From Cocleimonas sp. (GTDB lineage: Bacteria; Pseudomonadota; Gammaproteobacteria; Thiotrichales; Thiotrichaceae), in the NCBI GenBank assembly GCA_021647365.1, contig JAKIUW010000008.1, positions 19,070-83,069 of the forward strand: a stretch of DNA of 64,000 nt, in the 5' to 3' direction. The notes beneath the pieces were generated by a model. That model was not told where the DNA came from and did not search any database. It worked only from the letters and a program-made list of their open reading frames with translations. Positions within the stretch are counted from its first letter, which is position 1. Each line of letters opens with the position of its first letter. A program made the position numbers and the translations under genes. This document shows positions 9,315 through 19,470 of this stretch, piece after piece.

Positions 9315-9421
9315 GGGGTGCTATTGTAGCCTAAACCACATATTGATATGGGTTAAAATGGACGTGTGAAAGTTGCTTTTTAAATTCCACAATAGTTTAG
9401 GGTATAAAGCATTGTACATAA

Positions 9422-10297
9422 TTAAGCAAGTTCCTTGTGTTGATTAAGCGCTAGCTTGTCATGGACTTCCAAGACTTTTCGAACTTCAGGGTGAGGTCGT
9501 GTATTTCCAAAGCTTTTTAATAATTTGACGGCTGTTTTTGAAGCAGACTCCCTTTTATAGTTTCTTAACCATTTTTCAAAATCGTTGATTTTTCTGCGCT
9601 CAGATCGAGGATAACGGTTGGGTGGTCTTTCGATGTTGATACGCCAAGGTTTTGGTGTAAGCCGTGCTCTAAAGCATTGTTGCTGATGGCAAAGATGCTT
9701 ATAGAGTGGGTCAACTTCGAGCGCTGTAAATAGTTGCGACATTTCAGTTAAATCGTTCAACTTATCCATTGAGTAAATTCGATTAGTGATGACGAATCGA
9801 AGCCCAGCGAATGTTTCATAAACAATTATTGATAGCTTTGGATTGTCCTTTTGGTATTGTTCTATTTTGTTTATATAGAATGCTTTATCTTTATAAATAC
9901 GACCAAAAAGCCTGCCTAGAAACCCAGGTGGCTTTTCATCAATATCTACGTCACCAAACATGACTCTCTCAGTATTGAGGACAATTGCGCCGTAATTATT
10001 ACGTGTGAGAACGGCTAGCGTGCTTCCATCATCTGCTGATATTTCCTCAATTACTTCTTCTCTTATAAAGCCATATTCATAATCACTTTTGTCGGTGAAC
10101 TCACTTTTCACCAGTTTTTCAAATATTATTAGTCGCTCTTTAGCACGTTGCATCGCTGACTCGAGGCTTTCGTTTGAAGCCCCCCAGACGGTGAATGTAC
10201 TGTTTGGGTCAAGTGGCTTACCTGTGCGTGGATCAATTAAATATTTATCTGCACCCACTTTAGTTTCGATACTTTTCCAGTACTTTGCAAATTTCAT
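9422..10297 (-). CDS. Hypothetical protein (no family recognised)
   Basis: 291-aa ORF with coding-like composition and basic C-terminal third. Bounded by a repeat copy and the response-regulator gene. Confidence 0.55.
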   Translation of the reverse strand: MKFAKYWKSIETKVGADKYLIDPRTGKPLDPNSTFTVWGASNESLESAMQRAKERLIIFEKLVKSEFTDKSDYEYGFIREEVIEEISADDGSTLAVLTRNNYGAIVLNTERVMFGDVDIDEKPPGFLGRLFGRIYKDKAFYINKIEQYQKDNPKLSIIVYETFAGLRFVITNRIYSMDKLNDLTEMSQLFTALEVDPLYKHLCHQQQCFRARLTPKPWRINIERPPNRYPRSERRKINDFEKWLRNYKRESASKTAVKLLKSFGNTRPHPEVRKVLEVHDKLALNQHKELA

Positions 10298-10355
10298 ATA
10301 TTGCCTATTTTAGAAAGTAAGTCTTGAATAATTACACGAGTGCACAGATTGCATG

Positions 10356-10382
10356 CATCATGTAAAACTAGGGGGGTGTGCT
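10356..10382 (+). repeat. G-tract repeat copy 6 (CTA, forward)
   Basis: catcatgtaaaactaggggggtgtgct. Confidence 0.9.
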
Positions 10383-10397
10383 CGACAAGTTCTGCTT

Positions 10398-11048
10398 TTA
10401 AACATAACCATACTTCTTAGCATAACGAATTAATCCTGAAATTGAATGCGATTCAATCTTGCGGTAGATATTCCCCCGGTGGCATTCTACTGTTCTTACG
10501 CTGATTGAGTGCTTCTCAGCGATTCTTTTGTTGTTTAATCCATCCAATAATTCCACTAAAATTAATTGCTCGCGTTTGGTTAGTTTGTTTGCATCTTTTT
10601 TACTGTTGGCGACATCGCTTGCGCTGGAGCAGAAGTGTTTTTTACCGTTATAAATTGAGCGTACGGCTTCTATCATTTCGGCGGCGGGTTGGTCTTTTAG
10701 AATATAGCCCTGCGCGCCTGAGTCGATAGCGTTTTGCATGTATTCTTTATTGTCGTGCATGGTAAGAATCAGCACTTTGATGTGGGGGTGTGATTGCGAT
10801 AGCTTTCGTGTGGCTTCTAGCCCATTAATGACGGGCATACTGATGTCGGCAATAATCACATCAGGATTGAGTGCTTCTGCTTGGTCTAATAATTCCTGTC
10901 CGTTATTGGCAACTCCTATGACATTGATGTCTTCAATTTCTTCAAAGCGAGTGCGAATACCATCTTGCACTAGGGGGTGATCATCGGCTAATACGACCGT
11001 GATGGGATTTATGTCAATCGACTCTGTGGCTGTAAATGATGAGTTCAT
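10398..11048 (-). CDS. NarL/LuxR-family response regulator
   Basis: REC domain (VVLADDHPLV, DVIIADISMP, ILTMHD) plus C-terminal LuxR HTH (LTKREQLILVELLDGLNNKRIAEKHSISVRTVECHR). Confidence 0.9.
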   Translation of the reverse strand: MNSSFTATESIDINPITVVLADDHPLVQDGIRTRFEEIEDINVIGVANNGQELLDQAEALNPDVIIADISMPVINGLEATRKLSQSHPHIKVLILTMHDNKEYMQNAIDSGAQGYILKDQPAAEMIEAVRSIYNGKKHFCSSASDVANSKKDANKLTKREQLILVELLDGLNNKRIAEKHSISVRTVECHRGNIYRKIESHSISGLIRYAKKYGYV

Positions 11049-11064
11049 GGGGTTTTTACTGTTT

Positions 11065-12438
11065 TTACAATGGTATGGTTACAATGACGGTGGTGCCTTT
11101 TTCGGGTGCGGAATTAACAGTCATGTGACCTTCTAATAATTCTGCTCTATCAATCATATTGCGTAAGCCTAGACCACGATCTGGGTTGGTTTGATCAAGC
11201 GTTGTTTTATCAAAGCCTAAGCCATCATTACTGATACTTAACGTGACACGTTTGCGCATTTTATCAATCTTAAGAATAACATGATTTGCATTACGTGCGT
11301 GTTTTTCAATATTGGTTAATGCTTCTTGAATGATGCGGTAAAAAGCGGTTTCGACTTCTTGAGGAAGGCGTTGTTTTTGGCAATTGTTTTCTGTTGTTAC
11401 TTCAATATTATTACGTTTTGAAAAGTCACTGCTTAGGCTGTCAATCGCAGCAGAAAGTCCTAAATCATCCAGCAAAGTAGGGCGTAGGTCACGTGAAATA
11501 CGCCTGACCTCTTGTATGCTGGTGCTTAAAATTTCATCGGCATCATCAATCACGTGGCTAATTTCATCTTGTGGAGATTGCTTGAGTATTTTACTCTTAG
11601 CGTTATCTAGTTTGTAGCGTATTGAAACTAACAGTTGGTTGATGCCATCGTGCAATTCACGAGAAACACGTTTGCGCTCATCTTCTTGAAAGTTTACTGT
11701 TTTATGAGTGAGGTCGCGCATCTTTTGGTTGGCGAGTTTGCCTTCTGATAGATTGACGATAAAACCAATCAAGGCGATGAGTAGGGTGGCAGCAATGGCG
11801 ATCATTGAGGTGAGTAACAGCGTATTGGTGGTTGATGTTTTGGCTTTTTCTTTCATTGCGGTGACACCTTTTTCAATGTCGTCGATGTAGATACCAGTTC
11901 CAATCATCCAGTGCCATTTCTCCAAGCCGATAGAATAACTGAGTTTTTCAATGGACTTTCCCCCTGAGGGTTTATCCCACAAATAACGGGTATAGCCGCC
12001 ACCATCTTTAGCTTTTTCTATTAATTTTCGAATAAGGAATTTTCCATTATCATCTTGGAAATCAAATAGGTTTTTGCCTTCTAATTGAGGCTTGCGTGGA
12101 TGAACAATATTTACGCCACTGTAATCATAGACAAAGTAGTAGCCATCTTCGCCAAACTCCATGTTTTTGAGTGTGTCATAAACTTCTTGTTGCGCATGTT
12201 TTTTGTCAACGTGTTTGTTTTCGTAAACGCCTTTTATCGCGCTGTAAGCCAGATCCATATAGTTTTTTAATTCTTCTTTTTTTGTGGCTATTAATTGGTT
12301 TTCAAATGATTGAGTTTGCTTGCTGGCGAGCTGTTTGGTTTGGTAGGCCGTGCCAACGGCAATAGCGCTAATCGCCAATATTAAAGGGATTAGTGTAAGA
12401 AGCGCTATTTTTATTTTGTAAGGGAGTGCGGAGAACAT
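11065..12438 (-). CDS. Sensor histidine kinase, Cache sensor + HisKA_3 (NarX/LiaS type)
   Basis: TM, periplasmic Cache-like region (GYYFVYDYSGVNIVHP), TM, H-box ELHDGINQLL, HATPase_c (DGLGFD, GLGLRNM). Confidence 0.88.
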   Translation of the reverse strand: MFSALPYKIKIALLTLIPLILAISAIAVGTAYQTKQLASKQTQSFENQLIATKKEELKNYMDLAYSAIKGVYENKHVDKKHAQQEVYDTLKNMEFGEDGYYFVYDYSGVNIVHPRKPQLEGKNLFDFQDDNGKFLIRKLIEKAKDGGGYTRYLWDKPSGGKSIEKLSYSIGLEKWHWMIGTGIYIDDIEKGVTAMKEKAKTSTTNTLLLTSMIAIAATLLIALIGFIVNLSEGKLANQKMRDLTHKTVNFQEDERKRVSRELHDGINQLLVSIRYKLDNAKSKILKQSPQDEISHVIDDADEILSTSIQEVRRISRDLRPTLLDDLGLSAAIDSLSSDFSKRNNIEVTTENNCQKQRLPQEVETAFYRIIQEALTNIEKHARNANHVILKIDKMRKRVTLSISNDGLGFDKTTLDQTNPDRGLGLRNMIDRAELLEGHMTVNSAPEKGTTVIVTIPL

Positions 12439-12575
12439 GGGATGATTTCTTCTTATTTTTTATAAAAAGATAAAAGATTTTTTTGCCACGGAGTCTGAGC
12501 AACGCGAGGCAATATTAGAGCGTAACGACACGGAAGAAAACAATAAACAAAGATAATAGATGTGCTCTTTATACG

Positions 12576-12603
12576 AAGCACACCCCCCCACTTTTACAGG
12601 ATG
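12576..12603 (-). repeat. G-tract repeat copy 7a (GTG, reverse), left arm of a pair
   Basis: aagcacacccccccacttttacaggatg. Confidence 0.88.
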
Positions 12604-12619
12604 TTTTTTAGCGACAAAA

Positions 12620-12647
12620 CATGCTGTAAAAGTGGGGGAGTGTGTTT
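12620..12647 (+). repeat. G-tract repeat copy 7b (GTG, forward, degenerate G5AG)
   Basis: catgctgtaaaagtgggggagtgtgttt. Confidence 0.8.
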
Positions 12648-12691
12648 CGATAGTTCTCAGCAGAACTGCTTTGAAGTCGTGGTAAATAAGC

Positions 12692-15600
12692 TTATGCACC
12701 TAACTCACCTAAAGCTACTTTCTTTGATGTAGAAAAATCAGTCTTACCACTACCCAACTTAGGCACAGCATTCACATTGATGAACTTGGCAGGAATCATC
12801 AAAGGATTCATCTCAGCAGCAATTAATGCTTTCTTAATATCTGCCGCGGTCATTTCATTGGCAATGAGCAGGGTGACTTTTTCACCTTTTTTCTCATCGG
12901 GTAAGTTGACGGCAATAAGGTCTAAATCATCGTCACCTAACGCTTTACGAATGGTTTCTTCAACGGCAGATAAACTCACCATTTCGCCACCGAGTTTGGC
13001 AAAGCGTGAGTAGCGATCAACAATTACGAGGAAGCTATCAGAATCTAAATGGCCTTTATCGCCACTACGATACCAGCGTTTACCATCAATTTCTTCGATA
13101 ACTTCGGCTGTTTTGGCTTCGTCGTGTAGGTAGCCTTTCATAACTTGCGGTCCGCCGATAAGAATCAAACCATCTTCGCCTGTTGCAAGTTCTTCCAATG
13201 TGTCAGGGTCAACAATACGGAAGCTGGTACCTGGTAGTGGCATTCCTACTGTGCCAAAACGATTTCCAAGTTGTGGTTTCCAATAATTGGTGTCCAATTC
13301 ATCAGGAATATTCACGCTGGCAACAGGCGATGTTTCGGTCGTGCCATATCCTTCCAGAATGATCTTGCTAAATTTTGCACTGAAAGCTTCGCGAATGGCT
13401 GGGTTTAGGCGTTCTGCTCCCGCAATAATCATGCGGAGCGATTTCAACATTAATGGATGAACCTTCTTATTCATAGTGTACAAGCGTAAGAAGGTGGATG
13501 TGCCAAACAATAATGTTGCTTGGTTTCGTGCGACACCTTTTGCAATAGTGACAACATCGGTAGGGTCTGGATGACAAACAATGGGGATTCCTTCTGATAA
13601 TGGCATGAAGGTAGTTGCTAGCAAGCCAAAGGCGTGAAAGGTGGGCAGGGTAGACATCACTACATCATTTTCACGAGTATTGAGCATATCGGCAACTTGG
13701 CGTGAATTTGTGGCTAAATTTAGGTGACTCAACTCCACACCTTTGGGAGTGCCTTCACTGCCGCTGGAAAATAGGATTGCGGCGGTGCTTTGCAAACTCA
13801 CGCGTTTGATGTAAATCCATTCCAATACCTTTGCAGGTAACAGCATTACCGTAAGCATCGTGCCAAGCATTTTGGCTTTTGAAAGCTCAGCTTTAAAATC
13901 TTCAAGATAAATAAGTTTCGTTTCAGGCAGTATCTCTTTGATTTTTATGCCACGATCATCCAACTTACGGATGAATTTCTTTGAGGTGTAAACCGTTTTG
14001 ATTTCTGCACTTTTAACCGAACCTTGTATCGCTTCAGCGCTGGAGGTGAAGTTTAGGTTTACCACAGTCTTGCCAAGCGTTAACACCGCCATATTGGTAA
14101 TGGCACCCCCAACGCTGGCAGGGACTAATAATCCAATGTTTTGCTCAGGACTCTTTTTCTTGATTAAACCAGAAAAAGCAAAAACAGCCGTGATGAATTT
14201 ATGGTGGCTGACAGGCTCGCCAGTAATATCCGTCGCAGCCATTTGAAAACTCATGCGCTTTGCGGTTTTTAGCCATGAAACAGGGATTGGGTCTAAGGTT
14301 TTAGAGTAATCTTGCCAAGAGGTGAAGGATAGGTCAAATACGCGACGTTTTAGTTCATCGGGTGTTGTATCAGCAGACATGGGTTTACCAAAAGCGACGA
14401 TAATATCGCGCTTAAAACCAGATTGGCGGGCTTCTTTTAAGAAACCACTGGAGCGTGAAAAACGACTACCCCAAAGTCCGTGTAAGTAAAATGGAACAAT
14501 CTTCGCACCACTGCCTTCAATGGCTCTTTGATAACCGCGTTTAAATTCTGACAACTGTCCAGTACGGCTGATTGTGCCTTCAGGAAACAAACAAACTGCT
14601 TTACCTTCTTTGAGCAGAGCATTTATGGTTTCAATTGATCCCGCCGCGCCAGCACCACTAGCAATTGGGATAGCCCCAAATAATTTTAAAATGCCTTTGA
14701 GATACCAGCGCTCATAATAGCCGCGTTCAATCACAAAATTTAACGGGCGCGGACTGGCGATTTGTACTAATGCCCAGTCAACCCAACTGATGTGGTTACC
14801 CAGAAGTAATACGCCACCAGAATGAGGTAAGTCTTCAAAGCCCAATACTTTCATGCGGTAACGTGCGGAGAATATTCGTGCGATGATAAAGCGTAATAAT
14901 GATTCTGGGATTTTTAATATAGTGTAAATGCTGCCAAGCATGGCAACCATAAACAATCCCCATAAAATCACGGTACTGCTGACTTTCGCATAAGCGAGCA
15001 AGCTAGTCGCAATCAAGAACAACAGCATCACACTAAATTGAATGAGATTATTTGAAGCAAGAACACGCCCTAACTGGTTGTTTCTCGTGTGATATTGCAT
15101 CAAGGCGTTGAGTGGAACCACAAAGAAGCCGCCCATAATACCGAGGAATAAAAAGTTGAGCGCTTGCATCACAGATGAGTCAAAAACACGCAGTAAGATT
15201 AATGCAATTGTAACGCCGACAGCGCCAATTGGGACTAAGCCAGTTTCAATATGGTTTCGTGACACTCGACCTGCTGTGATAGAGCCTATCATGACGCCAA
15301 GCCCAGCAAACGCCATCAAGCCTTGCACAACGGCCGTGTTTGTTATGCCCAACATTTCTTTTGCGTAAGCAGGATAGGTTGCGAGTAAAACTTGTGAGAT
15401 TGCCCAAAAAACCGCAAGGCCAAGGATGGATAGCCAAATATAAGGATGGCGTTTTACCAAGCGTATATTACGTGCTTGTGTTCTACCGTGAAAATAATCA
15501 TCCCAACGAAAGTGCATTTTCTTTTTGGTATTCGTTGTTTGGGGTAAACGATAAGCCATAACCAATTCGAATATTGAGAGTACAATTAAGACCCAACCTA

Positions 15601-16150
15601 GAGGTGCAATCATCTGGATTAAAGAATCTTTATCAGTGATTTCAAAACCCTTTATAATTTTTTCAAAGAATAAAGAGAAGAAAAAAGTACCCAATAAAAT
15701 ACCCGTGGTGGTAACGGCTTGTAATAATCCATTGGCTTGGGTTAAACGACGATCACCTACTAGCTCTTTTACATAGCCGTATTTAGCAGGCGAGTAAAAG
15801 GCGCTTTGTAACGCGAGTAAAAATGTCATCCCAAAGGAAACCCAGAACCAACCTTGGTAATAACTAAAGGTGATTAGTATTGTGATACCCACAGCGACCC
15901 ATGCACTAATCCGCATGATATGACTTTTGGGGTATTTGTCGGAGATGTAGCCTGTGGGTGTAAATAAAAGAATAAAAGGTAGTAATATCAAACCATTAAC
16001 GATTGAACTTAATACAATTAATTCTGACCCATCGTAGTTCTTAAAGATGGTGTTTTGAATGATAATCTTATGACCAAGGTCAACAAAGGCATTAAGAAAG
16101 GCGACCGTTAAAAAGGTAAATAGGCCTGTTACTTTTAATGCATTCTTCAT
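12692..16150 (-). CDS. Fusion of LplT-like MFS lysophospholipid transporter, PlsC-type acyltransferase and acyl-ACP synthetase (Aas)
   Basis: 1152 aa. About 400-aa 12-TM MFS region, then HX4D acyltransferase motif (GNHISWVDW, FPEGTISRTG), then AMP-binding motifs (FSSGSEGTPKGV, GYGTTETSP, SGDKG). Confidence 0.88.
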   Translation of the reverse strand: MKNALKVTGLFTFLTVAFLNAFVDLGHKIIIQNTIFKNYDGSELIVLSSIVNGLILLPFILLFTPTGYISDKYPKSHIMRISAWVAVGITILITFSYYQGWFWVSFGMTFLLALQSAFYSPAKYGYVKELVGDRRLTQANGLLQAVTTTGILLGTFFFSLFFEKIIKGFEITDKDSLIQMIAPLGWVLIVLSIFELVMAYRLPQTTNTKKKMHFRWDDYFHGRTQARNIRLVKRHPYIWLSILGLAVFWAISQVLLATYPAYAKEMLGITNTAVVQGLMAFAGLGVMIGSITAGRVSRNHIETGLVPIGAVGVTIALILLRVFDSSVMQALNFLFLGIMGGFFVVPLNALMQYHTRNNQLGRVLASNNLIQFSVMLLFLIATSLLAYAKVSSTVILWGLFMVAMLGSIYTILKIPESLLRFIIARIFSARYRMKVLGFEDLPHSGGVLLLGNHISWVDWALVQIASPRPLNFVIERGYYERWYLKGILKLFGAIPIASGAGAAGSIETINALLKEGKAVCLFPEGTISRTGQLSEFKRGYQRAIEGSGAKIVPFYLHGLWGSRFSRSSGFLKEARQSGFKRDIIVAFGKPMSADTTPDELKRRVFDLSFTSWQDYSKTLDPIPVSWLKTAKRMSFQMAATDITGEPVSHHKFITAVFAFSGLIKKKSPEQNIGLLVPASVGGAITNMAVLTLGKTVVNLNFTSSAEAIQGSVKSAEIKTVYTSKKFIRKLDDRGIKIKEILPETKLIYLEDFKAELSKAKMLGTMLTVMLLPAKVLEWIYIKRVSLQSTAAILFSSGSEGTPKGVELSHLNLATNSRQVADMLNTRENDVVMSTLPTFHAFGLLATTFMPLSEGIPIVCHPDPTDVVTIAKGVARNQATLLFGTSTFLRLYTMNKKVHPLMLKSLRMIIAGAERLNPAIREAFSAKFSKIILEGYGTTETSPVASVNIPDELDTNYWKPQLGNRFGTVGMPLPGTSFRIVDPDTLEELATGEDGLILIGGPQVMKGYLHDEAKTAEVIEEIDGKRWYRSGDKGHLDSDSFLVIVDRYSRFAKLGGEMVSLSAVEETIRKALGDDDLDLIAVNLPDEKKGEKVTLLIANEMTAADIKKALIAAEMNPLMIPAKFINVNAVPKLGSGKTDFSTSKKVALGELGA

Positions 16151-16377
16151 GTGGTTTTCCTTGGTTTTAGTTTTCAGCTTTCAAGAGTTTAGCATGTGAT
16201 AGAGAAACTACACCTAAGAGTTTGAAAGTAGTGTTATGTGAAACTATTGGTATATGAAAATGATGAGTTTTTGTTCAGCTCCAGTTTAGGCTGGTTGATG
16301 TAAAGTCAGCAAAATACGAGTTTGTTAATTAAAAATAGTAAAATTAAAACTAAAATAAGAATATAGAGGATAGTTTC

Positions 16378-17064
16378 ATGGGAGATTTTATAGGCGCAAT
16401 GGGGATGATGAGTATTCCTTTGATTATTTGTTCGTTTGTAGCCATTGCCGCCATAGTCAGTCTATTTATGACATTAAAAAAGAATAAAGTAATACCAGAA
16501 GGTATTGCTGAAACTGCGCAAAAATTAGCTAAATCTGGAAAAGTCTCACGCGCTCATATTGAAAAAATTCGTGAAGGTTCGATGTTAGGCCGTGTATTAG
16601 CAACAGGCCTTGAAAGCATGAACCAGCCACGCCATGTGATGAAAGAAAATATTGAAGAATCAGGAAGACATGTAGCTCATTTAATGGATCGATTCATGAT
16701 TGCACTAGGCACTATCGCAACAATTGCACCATTATTAGGATTGCTTGGAACGGTTGTTGGAATGATTGAAGTTTTCTCCGTTATCACCGATAAAGGTGTT
16801 GGTAGCCCAACAGAGTTAGCGGGTGGTATTAAAACGGCACTTTATACAACAGCGTTTGGTATCGTTATTGCGGTTATCGCATTGGTCTTTCATCGTTATT
16901 TTCGAGGAAAGATCACTGATTACGCGATTGAAATGGAAAAGGCAGCTATCAAATTATTAAGCGTTACACAAGCACCTACGCCAGCAGCTCGTCGTCCAGC
17001 TCCATCTGCGGCAGCTACAGCAAAGAAAAGAGCACCGCTACAGACAGCAGGGCAGGTGGCTTAA
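16378..17064 (+). CDS. exbB: MotA/TolQ/ExbB proton-channel family protein
   Basis: Three TM segments and the conserved GLLGTVVGMI motif. GAGGA RBS upstream. Confidence 0.85.
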   Translation: MGDFIGAMGMMSIPLIICSFVAIAAIVSLFMTLKKNKVIPEGIAETAQKLAKSGKVSRAHIEKIREGSMLGRVLATGLESMNQPRHVMKENIEESGRHVAHLMDRFMIALGTIATIAPLLGLLGTVVGMIEVFSVITDKGVGSPTELAGGIKTALYTTAFGIVIAVIALVFHRYFRGKITDYAIEMEKAAIKLLSVTQAPTPAARRPAPSAAATAKKRAPLQTAGQVA

Positions 17065-17065
17065 C

Positions 17066-17491
17066 ATGAACTTTCGTAAAGGACTAACGGATGAGGTGGA
17101 ACTAAACCTAACACCATTGATTGATGTGGTGTTTTTGCTGTTGATTTTTTTTATGGTGACAACCACTTTTGACCGTGATGCTAAAATCAAAATTAACTTA
17201 CCTACAACGACAAATGCTTCGCATGAAGCACAGAAAAACACGCTAGAACTATTGATTGATAATAAAGGCAATTACTTTGTGGATGGCAGAGAGGTATTAA
17301 ACAATCAACCAGAAACTCTGTTTAGAGCGATGAGCCAAGCACTGGATGAGCGTGGCAAGAATCCACCTTTGATTATCAGCGCAGACTCTAATTCTAACTA
17401 TCAGTCCGTGGTAACGGCTATGGATATTGCAGGGCGCTTGGGGTTGACTAATTTTTCAATGGCGACATCGCAGTCTAAGAAAACGAAATAG
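17066..17491 (+). CDS. exbD: ExbD/TolR biopolymer transport protein
   Basis: NLTPLIDVVFLLLIFFMVTT signature; starts 2 nt after the exbB stop. Confidence 0.88.
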   Translation: MNFRKGLTDEVELNLTPLIDVVFLLLIFFMVTTTFDRDAKIKINLPTTTNASHEAQKNTLELLIDNKGNYFVDGREVLNNQPETLFRAMSQALDERGKNPPLIISADSNSNYQSVVTAMDIAGRLGLTNFSMATSQSKKTK

Positions 17492-17513
17492 TTTAGCTTC
17501 GGTAATTTAAACC

Positions 17514-17545
17514 AGCCCTAGAATGTTATTCTAGGGCTTTTTTTT
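17514..17545 (+). terminator. Intrinsic terminator after exbD
   Basis: 11-bp stem agccctagaat/attctagggct followed by a T8 run. Confidence 0.8.
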
Positions 17546-17576
17546 GATACAGAAAAACATGAAAAAAGGAAAATTT

Positions 17577-17606
17577 AAAAGCACACCCCCCTAGTTTTAC
17601 ATCATG
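17577..17606 (-). repeat. G-tract repeat copy 8a (CTA, reverse)
   Basis: aaaagcacacccccctagttttacatcatg. Shares catg with copy 8b. Confidence 0.88.
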
Positions 17607-17629
17607 AAAAACTAGGAGGGTGTGCTTTT
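17603..17629 (+). repeat. G-tract repeat copy 8b (CTA, forward, degenerate)
   Basis: catgaaaaactaggagggtgtgctttt. Confidence 0.8.
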
Positions 17630-17706
17630 AAATAACATTATTTTAATGTTATTATGCTTGTGTAGGGGCTTCCTAAAGCTTCACTATATTTGAACTGGGG
17701 TTTCTT

Positions 17707-19470
17707 TTGTCCACGTCGTCTTCACCATCACAAGCTGATGGTATCACCATTTATAAACGCTTAGCCTCCTATGCTATAAAGCATTGGCGTTACTTGATAC
17801 TTGCATTTATTGGATTGGTCATATCAGGTACGACCGTACCACTATTTGCTTTATATATGCAGCCGTTGCTGGATGGTACATTTATGGATAAAGATCCAGA
17901 AATCATACGCTGGGCACCATTTGCGTTGCTGATTATCTTCTTGCTTCGTGGCATCGCCAGTTTTATGTCGAGCTATTCGATGGAGTGGATAGGGCGCTCA
18001 GTGGTCAAAGAAATTCGCAGTGAATTATTTTCTCGTTTAATGCATTTACCTGTGAGTTATTACGATAAAACCAATTCAGGTCAACTCGTTACGCGGCTCA
18101 TCTATCATGTCGAACAGGTATCAATAGCTGCTACAAAAGGTCTTACCATTTTGGTTCAAGATACAGTTGTTGTGATCGGTTCGCTTGCTGTGATGTTTTA
18201 TTATAGTTGGGAGTTGGCGCTTATTGTTCTACTGACAGGGCCCATTATCGCAGGTTTAATTGTTTATATTTCTAGGCGTTTTCGTAAACTCAGCAAGCAG
18301 ATTCAAGAGCAGGTGGGTGAAGTCACCCAAATCAGTAATGAAGCCATTATGGCAACCCGTGAGATTCGTATTTTTGATGGTATTGATTACGAGTTAAAAC
18401 GTTTTGAAGAAGTGAATGAAAACAACCATAAGTCGTATATGAAACGCATCGTTACCGAGCGTTTAAGTATGCCGATTGTGCAATTTATTATGGCGATTGC
18501 TTTGGCTGTTGTGGTGTATTCCGCTACTCAAGGTCAGTTGCTTGAAAGCTTCACGCCTGGACGCTTTATGGCATTTATGACAGCGATGATTGCCTTGCTT
18601 GATCCTGTTAAACGATTGACGAGTGTGAACTCTATTTTACAAGGCGGTATTGCAGCGGGAGAAAGTATTTTCTCCTTGCTGGATGAAGCGCCTGAGAAAG
18701 ATACAGGTACGCAAATAATCGAAAAAGCCAAAGGTGATTTTGAATTCAAAGATGTAGCTTTCAGCTATAACGAAGATTCAGAGTCCGTTTTAAAAGGCAT
18801 TAACTTCACCGTAAAAGCGGGTGAGAAAATTGCGCTAGTGGGTCAGTCAGGTAGCGGTAAAACAACGTTGGTAAATTTACTTCCACGTTTTTATGATGAC
18901 TGGAAAGGAGAAATCACTTTAGACGGGCATTCACTCCAATCCATTAAATTGAGAAATCTTCGTGAGCAATTCGCCTATGTTGGACAGGATGTAACGCTGT
19001 TTAACGACACAATTCGTAGTAATATCGCCTACGGAAACATGCGTCATGCGAGTGATGATGGGGTAAAGACAGCAGCAGAAGCCGCTTACGCACTAGAGTT
19101 TATCGAAAAACTCCCACAGGCGTTTGATACGCAAGTGGGCGAGAATGGCACTTTACTATCAGGTGGACAAAAGCAACGTATCGCCATTGCGCGTGCGATA
19201 TTATCCGATGCACCCATTTTGATTTTGGATGAAGCCACCTCAGCATTAGACACAAAATCTGAAAGGCACATCCAAAGCGCACTCGAAACGTTGTTAAAAA
19301 ATCGTACTACTTTTATGATCGCACATCGTTTATCCACCATCGAAAGTGCTGATAAAATATTGATGATGGATGCGGGGAAAATTGTTGAGTCTGGCACGCA
19401 TAAAGAATTATTAGCACTCAAAGGCGCGTATTCGAAACTCTATAACTTGCAGTTTAAAGATGGCGAATAG
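17707..19470 (+). CDS. msbA: Lipid A export ABC transporter MsbA
   Basis: 6-TM ABC exporter domain, Walker A GQSGSGKTT, signature LSGGQKQR, Walker B ILILDEATS. TTG start is tentative. Confidence 0.88.
   Translation: MSTSSSPSQADGITIYKRLASYAIKHWRYLILAFIGLVISGTTVPLFALYMQPLLDGTFMDKDPEIIRWAPFALLIIFLLRGIASFMSSYSMEWIGRSVVKEIRSELFSRLMHLPVSYYDKTNSGQLVTRLIYHVEQVSIAATKGLTILVQDTVVVIGSLAVMFYYSWELALIVLLTGPIIAGLIVYISRRFRKLSKQIQEQVGEVTQISNEAIMATREIRIFDGIDYELKRFEEVNENNHKSYMKRIVTERLSMPIVQFIMAIALAVVVYSATQGQLLESFTPGRFMAFMTAMIALLDPVKRLTSVNSILQGGIAAGESIFSLLDEAPEKDTGTQIIEKAKGDFEFKDVAFSYNEDSESVLKGINFTVKAGEKIALVGQSGSGKTTLVNLLPRFYDDWKGEITLDGHSLQSIKLRNLREQFAYVGQDVTLFNDTIRSNIAYGNMRHASDDGVKTAAEAAYALEFIEKLPQAFDTQVGENGTLLSGGQKQRIAIARAILSDAPILILDEATSALDTKSERHIQSALETLLKNRTTFMIAHRLSTIESADKILMMDAGKIVESGTHKELLALKGAYSKLYNLQFKDGE

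Noticed and set aside
9900-9990. MFGDVDID and AGLRFVITN in the 9422..10297 protein, considered as primase-polymerase (AEP) motifs I and II.
   Set aside because: These are short motif resemblances only. The expected His of motif II is absent, and I cannot align the rest of the fold by eye.
12460-12699. 79-aa ORF in the ORF track (contains HSPTFT and HPVKVGGCAS).
   Set aside because: It is generated by reading through the inverted repeat pair 7a/7b in an intergenic spacer. ORFs 42106..42381 and 46273..46479 likewise run through repeat copies 19 and 21. None has independent coding evidence.
16255-16273. Possible Fur box upstream of exbB (gaaaatgatgagtttttgt).
   Set aside because: By my hand alignment only about 11 of 19 positions match the GATAATGATAATCATTATC consensus, which is too weak to call.
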